DNA of 64,000 nucleotides from an uncultured Clostridium sp. (GTDB lineage Bacteria; Bacillota; Clostridia; Clostridiales; Clostridiaceae): NCBI RefSeq assembly GCF_947039605.1, contig NZ_CAMQZG010000012.1, positions 9,771 to 73,770 of the forward strand, read 5' to 3'. Shown piece by piece: positions 28,087 to 37,512 of this stretch (position 1 is its first letter; each line of letters starts with the position of its first letter). The notes under the pieces were generated by a model. It saw only the letters and a program-made list of their open reading frames with translations, ran no database searches and was not told where the DNA came from. The position numbers and the translations under genes were made by a program.

Positions 28087-28425
28087 ATGAAAAAAATATC
28101 TAAAATTTTAGCTGCAACTATTTTAGTAGGAGCTATTGGAGCACCAATAATTGCATCTGCATCACAGTCTAAGGCGATGGTAAAATCTAAAGGTGGTTGG
28201 GAATATCAATCTAATGCTTGGAAAGGAAATGCAGGAGGATTTACAGGGGATTCACAATATCTACAATATCATGAAAAAATAAAAGCTGTTAGTTCAAAAG
28301 CTGGATATACTCCAACAAGAACACATAGATATAGAGCTATATCTAATTATTCTAATCGTGTTGTCAAAAATGGTGCACAGGATCCTTATGGATGGGCTTA
28401 TCATAATAATAGTAATTTTAAATAA
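28087..28425 (+). CDS. Secreted small protein, candidate lactococcin-972-family bacteriocin
   Basis: Sec signal peptide (MKKISKILAATILVGAIGAPIIASA). The mature part has GGWEY, S-x-Y-x-x-Y-H-x-K and a C-terminal aromatic/N-rich tail resembling Lcn972 (EGTWQHGY...SNYHHGSKTHS...FYYNFW). It is divergent from the FtsX/ABC exporter. Confidence 0.4.
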   Translation: MKKISKILAATILVGAIGAPIIASASQSKAMVKSKGGWEYQSNAWKGNAGGFTGDSQYLQYHEKIKAVSSKAGYTPTRTHRYRAISNYSNRVVKNGAQDPYGWAYHNNSNFK

Positions 28426-28495
28426 AGTTAGTTCTTAACTTTAAAATAAGCTTTACTAGATACTAAAAAATTACCTCGTTAGATAGAATTTAGCT

Positions 28496-28864
28496 CTATT
28501 TAACAGGGTGTTTTTTTATTAATTCTTTATAATTTTGAATTTTATATTCAAGTTCCTTGTTAACGATATCTAATAGCGCTAATTGATGCTGAATATTTTC
28601 TTGTTGTTCTTGCAGGATAGCAAGTCTTTGATTACTTGTATGCTCACCTTCTTTAAATAATCTTGTATATTCTTTTATTTTTGAGATAGGCATTTGTGAA
28701 TTTTTTAGTCTTACAACAAACTTAATCCATTTAATATCATTGTCTGAATAAGTTCTATTTCCTTGTGCATCACGATTTGGAAATAATATCTCTTCTTTTT
28801 CGTAGTATCTAAGTGTATATGAACTAACATTAGTTATATCTGAAGTTTCTTTAATTGAGTACAT
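28496..28864 (-). CDS. MerR family transcriptional regulator
   Basis: N-terminal HTH YSIKETSDITNVSSYTLRYYEKEEIL followed by a coiled-coil dimerisation helix. Confidence 0.9.
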   Translation of the reverse strand: MYSIKETSDITNVSSYTLRYYEKEEILFPNRDAQGNRTYSDNDIKWIKFVVRLKNSQMPISKIKEYTRLFKEGEHTSNQRLAILQEQQENIQHQLALLDIVNKELEYKIQNYKELIKKHPVK

Positions 28865-28934
28865 TTGATTTTCACCTCGTATCTTTTCTTTTGTATGATG
28901 CTATTATAGTTTAAAAAAATAATAAAAAAAAGAT

Positions 28935-28965
28935 ATTGACTTAGAGTTCACTCTAAGGTGTATAT
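28935..28965 (+). promoter_or_regulatory. MerR-type promoter: TTGACT, 19-nt spacer containing the palindrome CTTAGAGT-TC-ACTCTAAG, then TATATT
   Basis: The over-long 19-nt spacer and a perfect 8-bp inverted repeat (28939-28956) centred between -35 and -10 form the classical MerR operator geometry. It lies upstream of the SDR gene at 29020. Confidence 0.7.
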
Positions 28966-29019
28966 TTAGAATAACGAATAGGAAAAATGAAATATAAGAA
29001 CACTAAGGAGGAATTTTAA

Positions 29020-29772
29020 ATGAAATATACAGTTATAACAGGAGCGAGTACAGGGATAGGTAGAGAAGCAGCTAAGGAGTTTGCTAAGAGAGGTAAAAAC
29101 TTAGTTGTTGTTGCAAGAAGAGAAGCAGAACTTGAAAGCTTAAAATCAGAAGTAAAAGAGATAAATAAAGAACTTGATGTTATTATCAAAGTTTCAGACC
29201 TTGGGAAATTAGAGAATGTTTATAAGTTATATGAAGATTTAAAAAGTTTAGATATAGAAACTTGGATTAATAATGCAGGGTTTGGAGATAGAGCTACAAT
29301 TGCAGATGTTGATTTAAGTAAAATACATAATATGATAGCTTTAAATATTGAGGCTTTAACAGTTTTATCAACTTTATATATTAAAGATTATGAGAATGTA
29401 GAGGGAACACAACTTATAAATATATCATCAGCAGGTGGTTATACAATGATAGGTGATAATGTAACTTATTGTGCTACAAAGTTTTATGTTAGTGCTTTTA
29501 CAGAGGGGATTGCAAAAGAGCTTGAGTTCAGAGGTTCAAAAATGAAGGTTAAAGTTTTAGCACCAGCAGCTACTGAAACTGAGTTTGCTATAAATGCACT
29601 TGATACTAAAGAATTTAGTTATAAAGAGCATATGAAAAAATTCCATACAGCTAGTGAGATGGCTGGGTTTTTACTAGATTTATATGATAGTGAGAAGGTG
29701 GTAGGAATAGTTAATGGAATGACATATGAATATAATATGGTTGATCCAATGTTTAATCATGCAAGAAGATAA
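29020..29772 (+). CDS. SDR family oxidoreductase
   Basis: TGASTGIG cofactor motif and YCATK (YxxxK) active site. Confidence 0.85.
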   Translation: MKYTVITGASTGIGREAAKEFAKRGKNLVVVARREAELESLKSEVKEINKELDVIIKVSDLGKLENVYKLYEDLKSLDIETWINNAGFGDRATIADVDLSKIHNMIALNIEALTVLSTLYIKDYENVEGTQLINISSAGGYTMIGDNVTYCATKFYVSAFTEGIAKELEFRGSKMKVKVLAPAATETEFAINALDTKEFSYKEHMKKFHTASEMAGFLLDLYDSEKVVGIVNGMTYEYNMVDPMFNHARR

Positions 29773-29781
29773 TAGATAAAA

Positions 29782-29816
29782 AATGCTACCTCAAAGTTGA
29801 GGTAGCATTTTCTTTT
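29782..29816. terminator. Bidirectional terminator
   Basis: AATGCTACCTCA-AAGT-TGAGGTAGCATT followed by a T-rich run. Confidence 0.75.
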
Positions 29817-31188
29817 AGAATAATATGTGTGCGATTATCGCAATTATTGGTAGCGTTATAAGTGTTCTTTGTATAAATATTATAAATAATTCTTTTATAT
29901 TTATTGGTATTGATGAACCAAGAATAACACTTCCAACCTCTGACATATATATAAGTTGTGTAACTGATACACAAGCAACTACAAATTTTGTGATTTCTGC
30001 AATTCCATCTTGAGCTATTATAACTGAAGGTAGGAACATATCTGCAAATCCAACAAGTATTGTACTAGCAGCCTCGCTAGCATGTGGAATATTTAAAAGC
30101 CAGAATAATGGGATAAATGGAAGTCCAAGTATTTTGAATATTGGTGTGTACTCAGCAAGGATAAGAGCAATTCCTCCCATAGCCATAACTACTGGAAGTA
30201 CTCCGACCATAATATCTAGGACATTATGTATTCCCTCGGAAATAAATCCTTTTAAACCAGTACTTGTACTAGCTTTAGTTACTGCAAGTTCAAGTCCATA
30301 GCTAAATGAAGTATGACCTTTTGGAATTAAATCAGATGACTGAGGTTCCATATCATTATAATATTTTGTTGATTTGTTTTTTAAAGGACCTATCTTTGGA
30401 AGTATTATAGCAGCTATAATTCCTGCAAACGTAATTGTAATATAAAAAGGTACAAACATATGTTGAAGTCCAACTTGAGAAATAATAATAAAACTGAAAG
30501 TAATAGAAACTGCTGAGAATGCAGTACCTATAGTACAAGCTTCTTTTTCTGTATAATGCCCTTCTTCATATTGTCTTGAAGTTAAGATAACTCCGATTGT
30601 TCCATCTCCTATCCAAGATGTTAAGCAGTCTACAGATGCTCTTCCTGGAAGTCCAAATAAAGGTTTCATGATTTTTGTAAGCATAGTTCCACAGAATTCT
30701 AAAAGTCCAAAGTTTAAAAGTAGTGGTAAGAATAATCCGGCAAAAAGGAAAACTCCAAATAATGTTGGTAGAAGTCCTGTAAGTAAAAGCCCAGATGTAT
30801 TTTCACTAATTATAAATTCGGGCCCAACTCCAAAGAATGTAAGTAGTGCAAATATAGCACCAATTATTCTTACTGAATACCAAATATTTGATGTGTTAAA
30901 AAGTGAATATAAAGTTTTATTGTTTATTATAAAACTTGGTTTAATAAATTTTGTAACCGTAGATAATATTGCTATTGTTGTAATCATTATAGTTAGTATA
31001 AGTGGTAAATAAGATTCTAATGAAGTAGTTATAAAACCAGATAAGAATGCGACTGGTATTGTTATTCCATCAGCAGTTTTTATAGGAACCATAAAAAGTA
31101 AAACTCCTAATAATGATGGTAATATAAATTTGCATATATCTGAAGCTGAATAAGCTTTTTTTTCAGTTGTATTTAAACTATTTAACAT
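29815..31188 (-). CDS. YjiH-like membrane protein (nucleoside-recognition/Gate domain family)
   Basis: About 457 aa and polytopic. The start is taken at ATG 31188 (RBS GGGGGA). Family assignment is by overall resemblance only. Confidence 0.45.
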   Translation of the reverse strand: MLNSLNTTEKKAYSASDICKFILPSLLGVLLFMVPIKTADGITIPVAFLSGFITTSLESYLPLILTIMITTIAILSTVTKFIKPSFIINNKTLYSLFNTSNIWYSVRIIGAIFALLTFFGVGPEFIISENTSGLLLTGLLPTLFGVFLFAGLFLPLLLNFGLLEFCGTMLTKIMKPLFGLPGRASVDCLTSWIGDGTIGVILTSRQYEEGHYTEKEACTIGTAFSAVSITFSFIIISQVGLQHMFVPFYITITFAGIIAAIILPKIGPLKNKSTKYYNDMEPQSSDLIPKGHTSFSYGLELAVTKASTSTGLKGFISEGIHNVLDIMVGVLPVVMAMGGIALILAEYTPIFKILGLPFIPLFWLLNIPHASEAASTILVGFADMFLPSVIIAQDGIAEITKFVVACVSVTQLIYMSEVGSVILGSSIPINIKELFIIFIQRTLITLPIIAIIAHILF

Positions 31189-31356
31189 TTTAATTCCCCC
31201 TCGAAATTTAAAATTAACGTAACTCTTAAAAATATTATATATTAGAAAAAAATGTAAATCAACATATTTATGCATAAAATACCTAAAAGTTGCATAAATA
31301 TACGTAAATTTTTAGTGAAGATTTGTTCATAGAAAATCTATAGTGAATTGTAGTGT

Positions 31357-31372
31357 TGGTAACATTAGTTAC
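31357..31372. promoter_or_regulatory. Palindrome GGTAAC-ATTA-GTTACC upstream of hcp (candidate HcpR/CRP-FNR-type site)
   Basis: Perfect inverted repeat about 125 nt upstream of the hcp start. A GTAAC-N4-GTTAC signal has been proposed for clostridial HcpR regulons. Confidence 0.45.
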
Positions 31373-31494
31373 CGACTTTAATGAGATAACCTGATATTAT
31401 AAAGCCATAAAGAAGAAATTTAAAGCTCAAAGGATAAAAAATATCTTTTGATAGTTTATTAATATAAATTATATGAATGGATAAGGAGATTATT

Positions 31495-33144
31495 ATGGAG
31501 AAAAAAATGTTTTGTTTTCAATGTCAAGAAACAGCAGGGTGTTCTGCTTGTACTGTAAGAGGAGTTTGTGGTAAGAGCCCAGAACTTGCAGGGCTTCAAG
31601 ATTTATTAGTATATGTGACTAAGGGACTTTGCATGGTTACAGTAAAAGCTAGTGAGGTAGGGATAACTAAAGAGTTTATAAATAAATATATTGTAGAATC
31701 ATTATTTACAACTATTACAAATGCCAATTTTGATAATGAAGTATTTATAGAAAGAGTTAAAGAAACTATAAAACTTAGAGATGAACTTAAAAATGAAGTT
31801 GTTATAAATGGTGGTAATGTAGATAATTTAGTAGATGCTGCAATATGGATAGGTGCTAATAAAGAAGAAATGTTAGAGAAAGCTAAATCAGTAGGTGTTC
31901 TTTCAACAGAAAATGAAGATATTAGAAGTTTAAGAGAACTTATAATTTATGGTTCAAAAGGACTTTGTGCTTATCTTAAACATGCAAGTGCACTTGGATA
32001 TGATAATGCAAATATCAATCTTGAAATGCAAAAAATGCTTGTAGCTACAATGGATGATTCACTTTCAGGTGAAGTTCTTACAGGAATGGCTCTTGAAATG
32101 GGTAAGCTTGGTGTTGATGGAATGGCTATTCTTGATAAAGCAAATACAACTAGCTATGGTAACCCTGAAATGACAATGGTTAATATAGGAGTTAAAAATA
32201 ATCCTGCAATATTAATTTCAGGTCATGACCTTAAAGATATGGAACAATTACTTGCTCAAACTGAAGGGACAGGAGTAGATGTTTATACTCATAGTGAAAT
32301 GTTACCTGCTCACTATTATCCAGCATTTAAAAAATATAGTCATTTTGTAGGAAACTACGGAAATGCTTGGTGGAAACAAAAAGAGGAGTTTGAAAGTTTT
32401 AATGGACCAGTTCTTATGACTACAAACTGTATAGTACCTCCAAAAGATAGTTACAAAGATAGAGTTTATACAACAGGGGCAGCAGGCTATGAAGGTATGA
32501 AACATATTGAGGCTAATGAGAATGGAGTAAAAGATTTCTCTATATTAATTGAGCATGCTAAAAAATGTGGGTCACCAACTGAAATTGAAACAGGAGAAAT
32601 CATTGGTGGATTTGCACATGCACAAGTTTTTGCTTTAGCAGATAAAGTTGTAGATGCAGTTAAATCTGGAGCTATAAAAAGATTCTTTGTTATGGCAGGA
32701 TGTGATGGTAGAGCTAAATCAAGAAACTACTACACAGATTTTGCAAAAGAACTTCCAATGGATACTGTTATTTTAACAGCAGGTTGTGCAAAGTATAAAT
32801 ATAATAAATTAAATCTTGGAGATATTGGTGGTATACCAAGAGTTCTTGATGCAGGACAATGTAATGATTCATATTCACTTGTTCTTATAGCATTAAAACT
32901 TAAAGAGATATTTGAACTTACAGATATTAATGAGTTGCCTATAAGCTATAACATAGCTTGGTATGAGCAAAAAGCAGTAATAGTATTGCTTTCATTATTA
33001 CATCTTGGAGTTAAAAACATTCATCTTGGACCAACTCTTCCAGCATTCTTATCACCAAATGTTGCTAATGTTTTAGTTGAAAACTTTGGTATTGGTGGAA
33101 TTACAAATGTAGAAGATGATATGAAAATGTTTCTTGGAAACTAA
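31495..33144 (+). CDS. hcp: Hydroxylamine reductase / hybrid-cluster protein
   Basis: N-terminal MFCFQCQET...CTVRGVCGK cluster and overall length. The start is taken at ATG 31495 (RBS AAGGAG). Confidence 0.92.
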   Translation: MEKKMFCFQCQETAGCSACTVRGVCGKSPELAGLQDLLVYVTKGLCMVTVKASEVGITKEFINKYIVESLFTTITNANFDNEVFIERVKETIKLRDELKNEVVINGGNVDNLVDAAIWIGANKEEMLEKAKSVGVLSTENEDIRSLRELIIYGSKGLCAYLKHASALGYDNANINLEMQKMLVATMDDSLSGEVLTGMALEMGKLGVDGMAILDKANTTSYGNPEMTMVNIGVKNNPAILISGHDLKDMEQLLAQTEGTGVDVYTHSEMLPAHYYPAFKKYSHFVGNYGNAWWKQKEEFESFNGPVLMTTNCIVPPKDSYKDRVYTTGAAGYEGMKHIEANENGVKDFSILIEHAKKCGSPTEIETGEIIGGFAHAQVFALADKVVDAVKSGAIKRFFVMAGCDGRAKSRNYYTDFAKELPMDTVILTAGCAKYKYNKLNLGDIGGIPRVLDAGQCNDSYSLVLIALKLKEIFELTDINELPISYNIAWYEQKAVIVLLSLLHLGVKNIHLGPTLPAFLSPNVANVLVENFGIGGITNVEDDMKMFLGN

Positions 33145-33166
33145 GTAGAATATAATATAGATATAG

Positions 33167-33203
33167 AAAAAGCCTACTAATTTTAAAATTAGTAGGCTTT
33201 TTC
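33167..33203. terminator. Bidirectional terminator
   Basis: AGCCTACTAATTTT / AAAATTAGTAGGCT perfect palindrome flanked by A- and T-runs. Confidence 0.8.
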
Positions 33204-34496
33204 TTATATATTGAATGCGTGCATTAGTAGGTAGATTAGGAAAATTCCTGAGACTACATACGTAGGAATTGGAACTTCTTTACCTTTTTTTACACATATT
33301 TTTGTGATTGGATAAAGTATAAATCCAAATGCCATACCATCAACAATACTAAATGTTAAAGGTATTAATATAAATAATATGAATACTGGGAATGACTCTG
33401 AGAAATCAGAAAAATCTATTTCTTTTATGTTAGCCATCATAAGTGATCCAATTATTATTAGTATTGGTGCAATTGCTGCATTTGGTATAAGTGTTATTGT
33501 TGGTATAAAGAATAATGATAGTAATATGAAGAAGGCTGCAAAAACAGCTGTTAATCCAGTTTTACCACCTGAAATTATACCAGATTGTCCTTCAACTGTT
33601 GAAACTGAAGGGCTAGTACCAAATATTCCACAAGCTATTGTAGAAAGAGCAACTGACATAAGTGCTTTTTTATTTTTATGTGGTGCATCAAGCATTCCGT
33701 TAACTTGTGCATGGAGTAGACCAACATTCTCGAATACAAGTACAAGAGTTAGTGAGAATACTGCAACCCAGAAGTTCATGTTTGCCATTCCTTTAAAATC
33801 AAATTGCATAAATACAGAACCGTAATCAGAGAAGCTTGGCACCGCAAAACCTGCTGTACTAAAGTTTGTATCTCCAAGAATTATTGATAATACTGTTCCA
33901 AAGATTATTCCGATAAGGAAGTTTCCAGGAACTTTTTTTATAAATAATATAACCATAAGAATTAGTGTTAAAACAAATACTAATATATGCGCTTGTCCAA
34001 GACTAGCCATTTTTACAAGAGTTGTTTTATCAGCTATAACAAGTCCTGCTTTTTGAAGACCAAGGAATGTTATAAATAACCCTATTCCAACAGTTATTGC
34101 TGCCTTTAGTGAATGTGGTATTCCTTTATCAAGTAAATTTGATATTGGAGTTACCGCAATAATAGTAAATAATATACCTGAAACAATTACTGCTGTAAGT
34201 GCTTGTTCAAAACTTAGTCCCATAGTTTGGACTATTGTGTAGGTGAATAAAGCATTGATTCCCATACCTGGCATAATAACCAGAGGTGCATTACTTATGA
34301 ATGCAACTAACAGGCAACCTGCTATTGATGCTAGAACAGTCGCTATAATTAGCGGTTGCATCCCTTTTCCTCCATCACTTAAAATACTAGCATTAACTAC
34401 AACAATATAAACTGCTGCAAAGAAAGAAGTCAATCCAGCCATAAGCTCGATTTTAACATTTGTGTTATGTTCTTTCAGTTTAAAAATTCTATTCAT
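33204..34496 (-). CDS. NCS2 family permease (AzgA/PbuG-type adenine/guanine/hypoxanthine permease)
   Basis: 430 aa. The N-terminus FKLKEHNTNVKIELMAGLTSFFAAVYIVVVNASIL is typical of the family. Confidence 0.85.
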   Translation of the reverse strand: MNRIFKLKEHNTNVKIELMAGLTSFFAAVYIVVVNASILSDGGKGMQPLIIATVLASIAGCLLVAFISNAPLVIMPGMGINALFTYTIVQTMGLSFEQALTAVIVSGILFTIIAVTPISNLLDKGIPHSLKAAITVGIGLFITFLGLQKAGLVIADKTTLVKMASLGQAHILVFVLTLILMVILFIKKVPGNFLIGIIFGTVLSIILGDTNFSTAGFAVPSFSDYGSVFMQFDFKGMANMNFWVAVFSLTLVLVFENVGLLHAQVNGMLDAPHKNKKALMSVALSTIACGIFGTSPSVSTVEGQSGIISGGKTGLTAVFAAFFILLSLFFIPTITLIPNAAIAPILIIIGSLMMANIKEIDFSDFSESFPVFILFILIPLTFSIVDGMAFGFILYPITKICVKKGKEVPIPTYVVSGIFLIYLLMHAFNI

Positions 34497-34887
34497 TTTT
34501 TCTCCTTGTTAATGTTGTAGCCCTCACCCTCCCATATTATAAAGTGAAAGTTTCCACAAATAATACTTTCATATTATAACAAGCTAAAAAGTATAGCACA
34601 ATAAGGATTTAAACATTTACATAAAATTATTACGATTTTTCTAACCAAACATCCTAAAAAAACACTAATTTGTTAAAGTTTATAACATTATTTTGTTATA
34701 TTATAGTTTTTAAGGAATTAAAAGGTTACATATTTAAATTTAATAATCTTGACTGTAATTGCTTTGTATTTTTTTGGTATTTAAAAGAAAATAGAAAAAA
34801 GTTTAATTATTGAAAGTTTATATTTCTATATCATTCAAAAAATAATAAACTTAATATAATTAATATTAAGGTATAGAGGAGTAGAAA

Positions 34888-35661
34888 ATGAAAAAAAAAG
34901 TTTTAATTACAGGTGCTACAAGTGGAATTGGATTATCTTTTGCAAAAATATTTGCGAGTAATAATTATGATTTAATACTTGTTGGAAGAAATAAAGAAAA
35001 GTTAGATACGATAAAAAAAGATTTTGATAATAGGTCTAATATAAAAACTACTATATATATAGCAGATATTTCAGATAGAGATAAATTAGAAAGTCTGTGG
35101 ATAAGTATTGAGGAAAGTTTTCCACAGGTTGATGTTGTAATAAATAATGCAGGTGCTGGTTTTAATGGTGAATTTCCAAGTATTTCATGGGAGAAGCATG
35201 AGGATATAATGGAAGTGAATATGAGAGCTTTAACTAGATTTTCATATCTTGCTATAAATCATATGAAGAAAAATAAATGTGGAAAGATTTTAAATGTAGC
35301 ATCAACAGGTGCCTTTCAGGCAGGACCTATGATAGGTGTTTATTATGCAAGTAAGGCTTATGTTCTATCTTTATCTATAGCGATTAGAGAAGAGGTAAAA
35401 GATTATGGAATTAGTGTTGTAACATTATGCCCTGGTGCAACTAAAACAGAGTTTTGCACAAAAGCAGGGAAAGAAGATTTAAGCAATGCTATGTCATCAG
35501 ATGATGTTGCAAAGATAGGATACAAGGGACTTATGAAAAATAAGGCAATTGTAGTTCCAGGATTTTTTAATAAAGTAGCACTTGGGGTATCAAAAATATT
35601 ACCTTATATACTAATGGCTAAAATTGTTAAAAAAATACAAAGCAAGGTGACAAAAAATTGA
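34888..35661 (+). CDS. SDR family oxidoreductase
   Basis: TGATSGIG and YYASK motifs. Confidence 0.85.
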   Translation: MKKKVLITGATSGIGLSFAKIFASNNYDLILVGRNKEKLDTIKKDFDNRSNIKTTIYIADISDRDKLESLWISIEESFPQVDVVINNAGAGFNGEFPSISWEKHEDIMEVNMRALTRFSYLAINHMKKNKCGKILNVASTGAFQAGPMIGVYYASKAYVLSLSIAIREEVKDYGISVVTLCPGATKTEFCTKAGKEDLSNAMSSDDVAKIGYKGLMKNKAIVVPGFFNKVALGVSKILPYILMAKIVKKIQSKVTKN

Positions 35662-35774
35662 TTTTCAGTAATAGTAAATTTAATTTGTACTAGCAAAAAT
35701 GATATTTTAAGGAACTTGTCTTTATTTAGAGATGTTGTAATATAGAGAAGTATTCAACTTAGGAGGCGTACGTT

Positions 35775-35948
35775 ATGAGCGGAGAGGAATTGAAAATGAA
35801 AATCGGTAAGATAAAAGAACTTGAATCAGAGTTAAAAGAGAAAAGTTTAGAGGAATTAGAAAATGAAATGGAAGATTTAAAGGAAGGTCTAGATGAATAT
35901 GCAAAGGCCAACACAGATAAATCATTTCCAGACTTCTATGGATGCTAG
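35775..35948 (+). CDS. Hypothetical 57-aa acidic coiled-coil protein
   Basis: MSGEELKMKIGKIKELESELKEKSLEELENEMEDLKEGLDEYAKANTDKSFPDFYGC, with a perfect AGGAGG 8 nt upstream. It is below the ORF-track cutoff and is followed by a hairpin near 36005-36062. Confidence 0.45.
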   Translation: MSGEELKMKIGKIKELESELKEKSLEELENEMEDLKEGLDEYAKANTDKSFPDFYGC

Positions 35949-36105
35949 AAGATAAGACGTATATTTCAATGTGTTACTTTGAAATGACTTATATTAAGAT
36001 AAAAACTATTATATAAATTTACTTTTGAGGTTAAGAGTAAGTTATATAATGGTTTTTTTATATTTTCCTTTGAAAAAGTCCATAATACTAGTAAATATAA
36101 TTTGA

Positions 36106-36393
<288 letters not shown>

Positions 36394-36427
36394 TAAATCG
36401 TAATAAAAAGATTATAAAAATATAAAC

Positions 36428-36810
36428 TATAAAGCTGCGTATGTTGAGAAATTAGCATAGGACACAGATTTAATTGCAGGTAATGGGTAAAGCCTTACAC
36501 CACAATATGGGCGAAAGCACTATATCACGGTACGAAAGTAGAAAAAACGTAAGGATAAATATATGGTTAAATCCTAAGTGTTTATAAACAATCCTTGTTC
36601 ATGCAGGTAAGCTCCTAAGTCAAAAGATATGGAGAAACTTCAACGACTATCGGTTGAGATACCGAGTAAAGCCCTAAGTGATTGAGGGAAGAAAAGGTCT
36701 GCCCTAAACACATAATGGTGTAGGTGAAGAAATAGTCTTTGCACTCTAGGAAACTAGGTGGTCATTAGAGTAATCGAAATGACATCATATAAGTAGCGTT
36801 ATATGGTAAA
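36428..36810 (+). ncRNA. Group I intron ribozyme core (5' part of the IStron)
   Basis: P7 strands GACTAT (36645-36650) and ATAGTC (36732-36737, followed by TTT) resemble the Tetrahymena-type GACUA/UAGUCUUU core. There are multiple local helices, and a paralogue at 39845-40330 shows compensatory changes. Confidence 0.7.
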
Positions 36811-36903
36811 AGGATATAAACTTTATAATTAAATGTAAATACTTTATAATTTTTATAGACTTCTAATACAGATGTGTTATTATATTTGTAGGAGGTGGTC
36901 GCA

Positions 36904-37512
36904 ATGAAAAAATATTCGATAGGTCAGTTTGCTAAAAAAATTAATAAAACACAACAAACACTCCGTAACTGGGATAAAAATGGAAAGTTAAAGCCACAAG
37001 TAGTTGATTCTGATACTGGATATAGATATTATACAGAAAAACAACTTAAAGAGTTTTATGGAGAGATTAGTAATAAAGAGAGGTTAGTTATAGGATATTG
37101 TAGGGTTTCTAGTGCTAAACAGAAAGAAGCGTTAGAACGACAAGTTGAAAATGTACGAACTTATTTAATTTCAAAAGGTTATCAATTTAAGATAATAACC
37201 GATATTGGTAGTGGTATAAATTATGATAAAAAAGGGCTTAATCAATTAATTCAACTTATTTTACAAGATGAAGTTTCTAAGGTTGTCGTATTGTATAAAG
37301 ATAGATTAGTTAGATTTGGATTTGAACTTATAGAAAATATATGTGACTTTAAATCTGTTGAACTAGAAGTTATTGATAATACTGAAAAGTTAGAGGAACA
37401 AGAGGTTGTAGAAGATTTAATTCAAATAATCACAGTATTTAGTTGTATGCTTCAAGGAAAGAGAGCAAAGAAAACTAAAGCTATGATTAAAGAGTTGGCT
37501 AATAATGATTAA
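36904..37512 (+). CDS. tnpA: IS607-family transposase TnpA (MerR-like HTH plus serine recombinase)
   Basis: HTH YSIGQFAKKINKTQQTLRNWDKNG, then the catalytic region VIGYCRVSSAKQ. RBS AGGAGG is present. The 3' end overlaps the tnpB start. Confidence 0.85.
   Translation: MKKYSIGQFAKKINKTQQTLRNWDKNGKLKPQVVDSDTGYRYYTEKQLKEFYGEISNKERLVIGYCRVSSAKQKEALERQVENVRTYLISKGYQFKIITDIGSGINYDKKGLNQLIQLILQDEVSKVVVLYKDRLVRFGFELIENICDFKSVELEVIDNTEKLEEQEVVEDLIQIITVFSCMLQGKRAKKTKAMIKELANND

Noticed and set aside
34497-34887. A purine riboswitch would be expected upstream of the NCS2 (purine-type) permease on the minus strand.
   Set aside because: The reverse complement lacks the TATAAT..GATATGG..GTTTCTACC..GACTAT core pattern, and no convincing three-way junction is visible.
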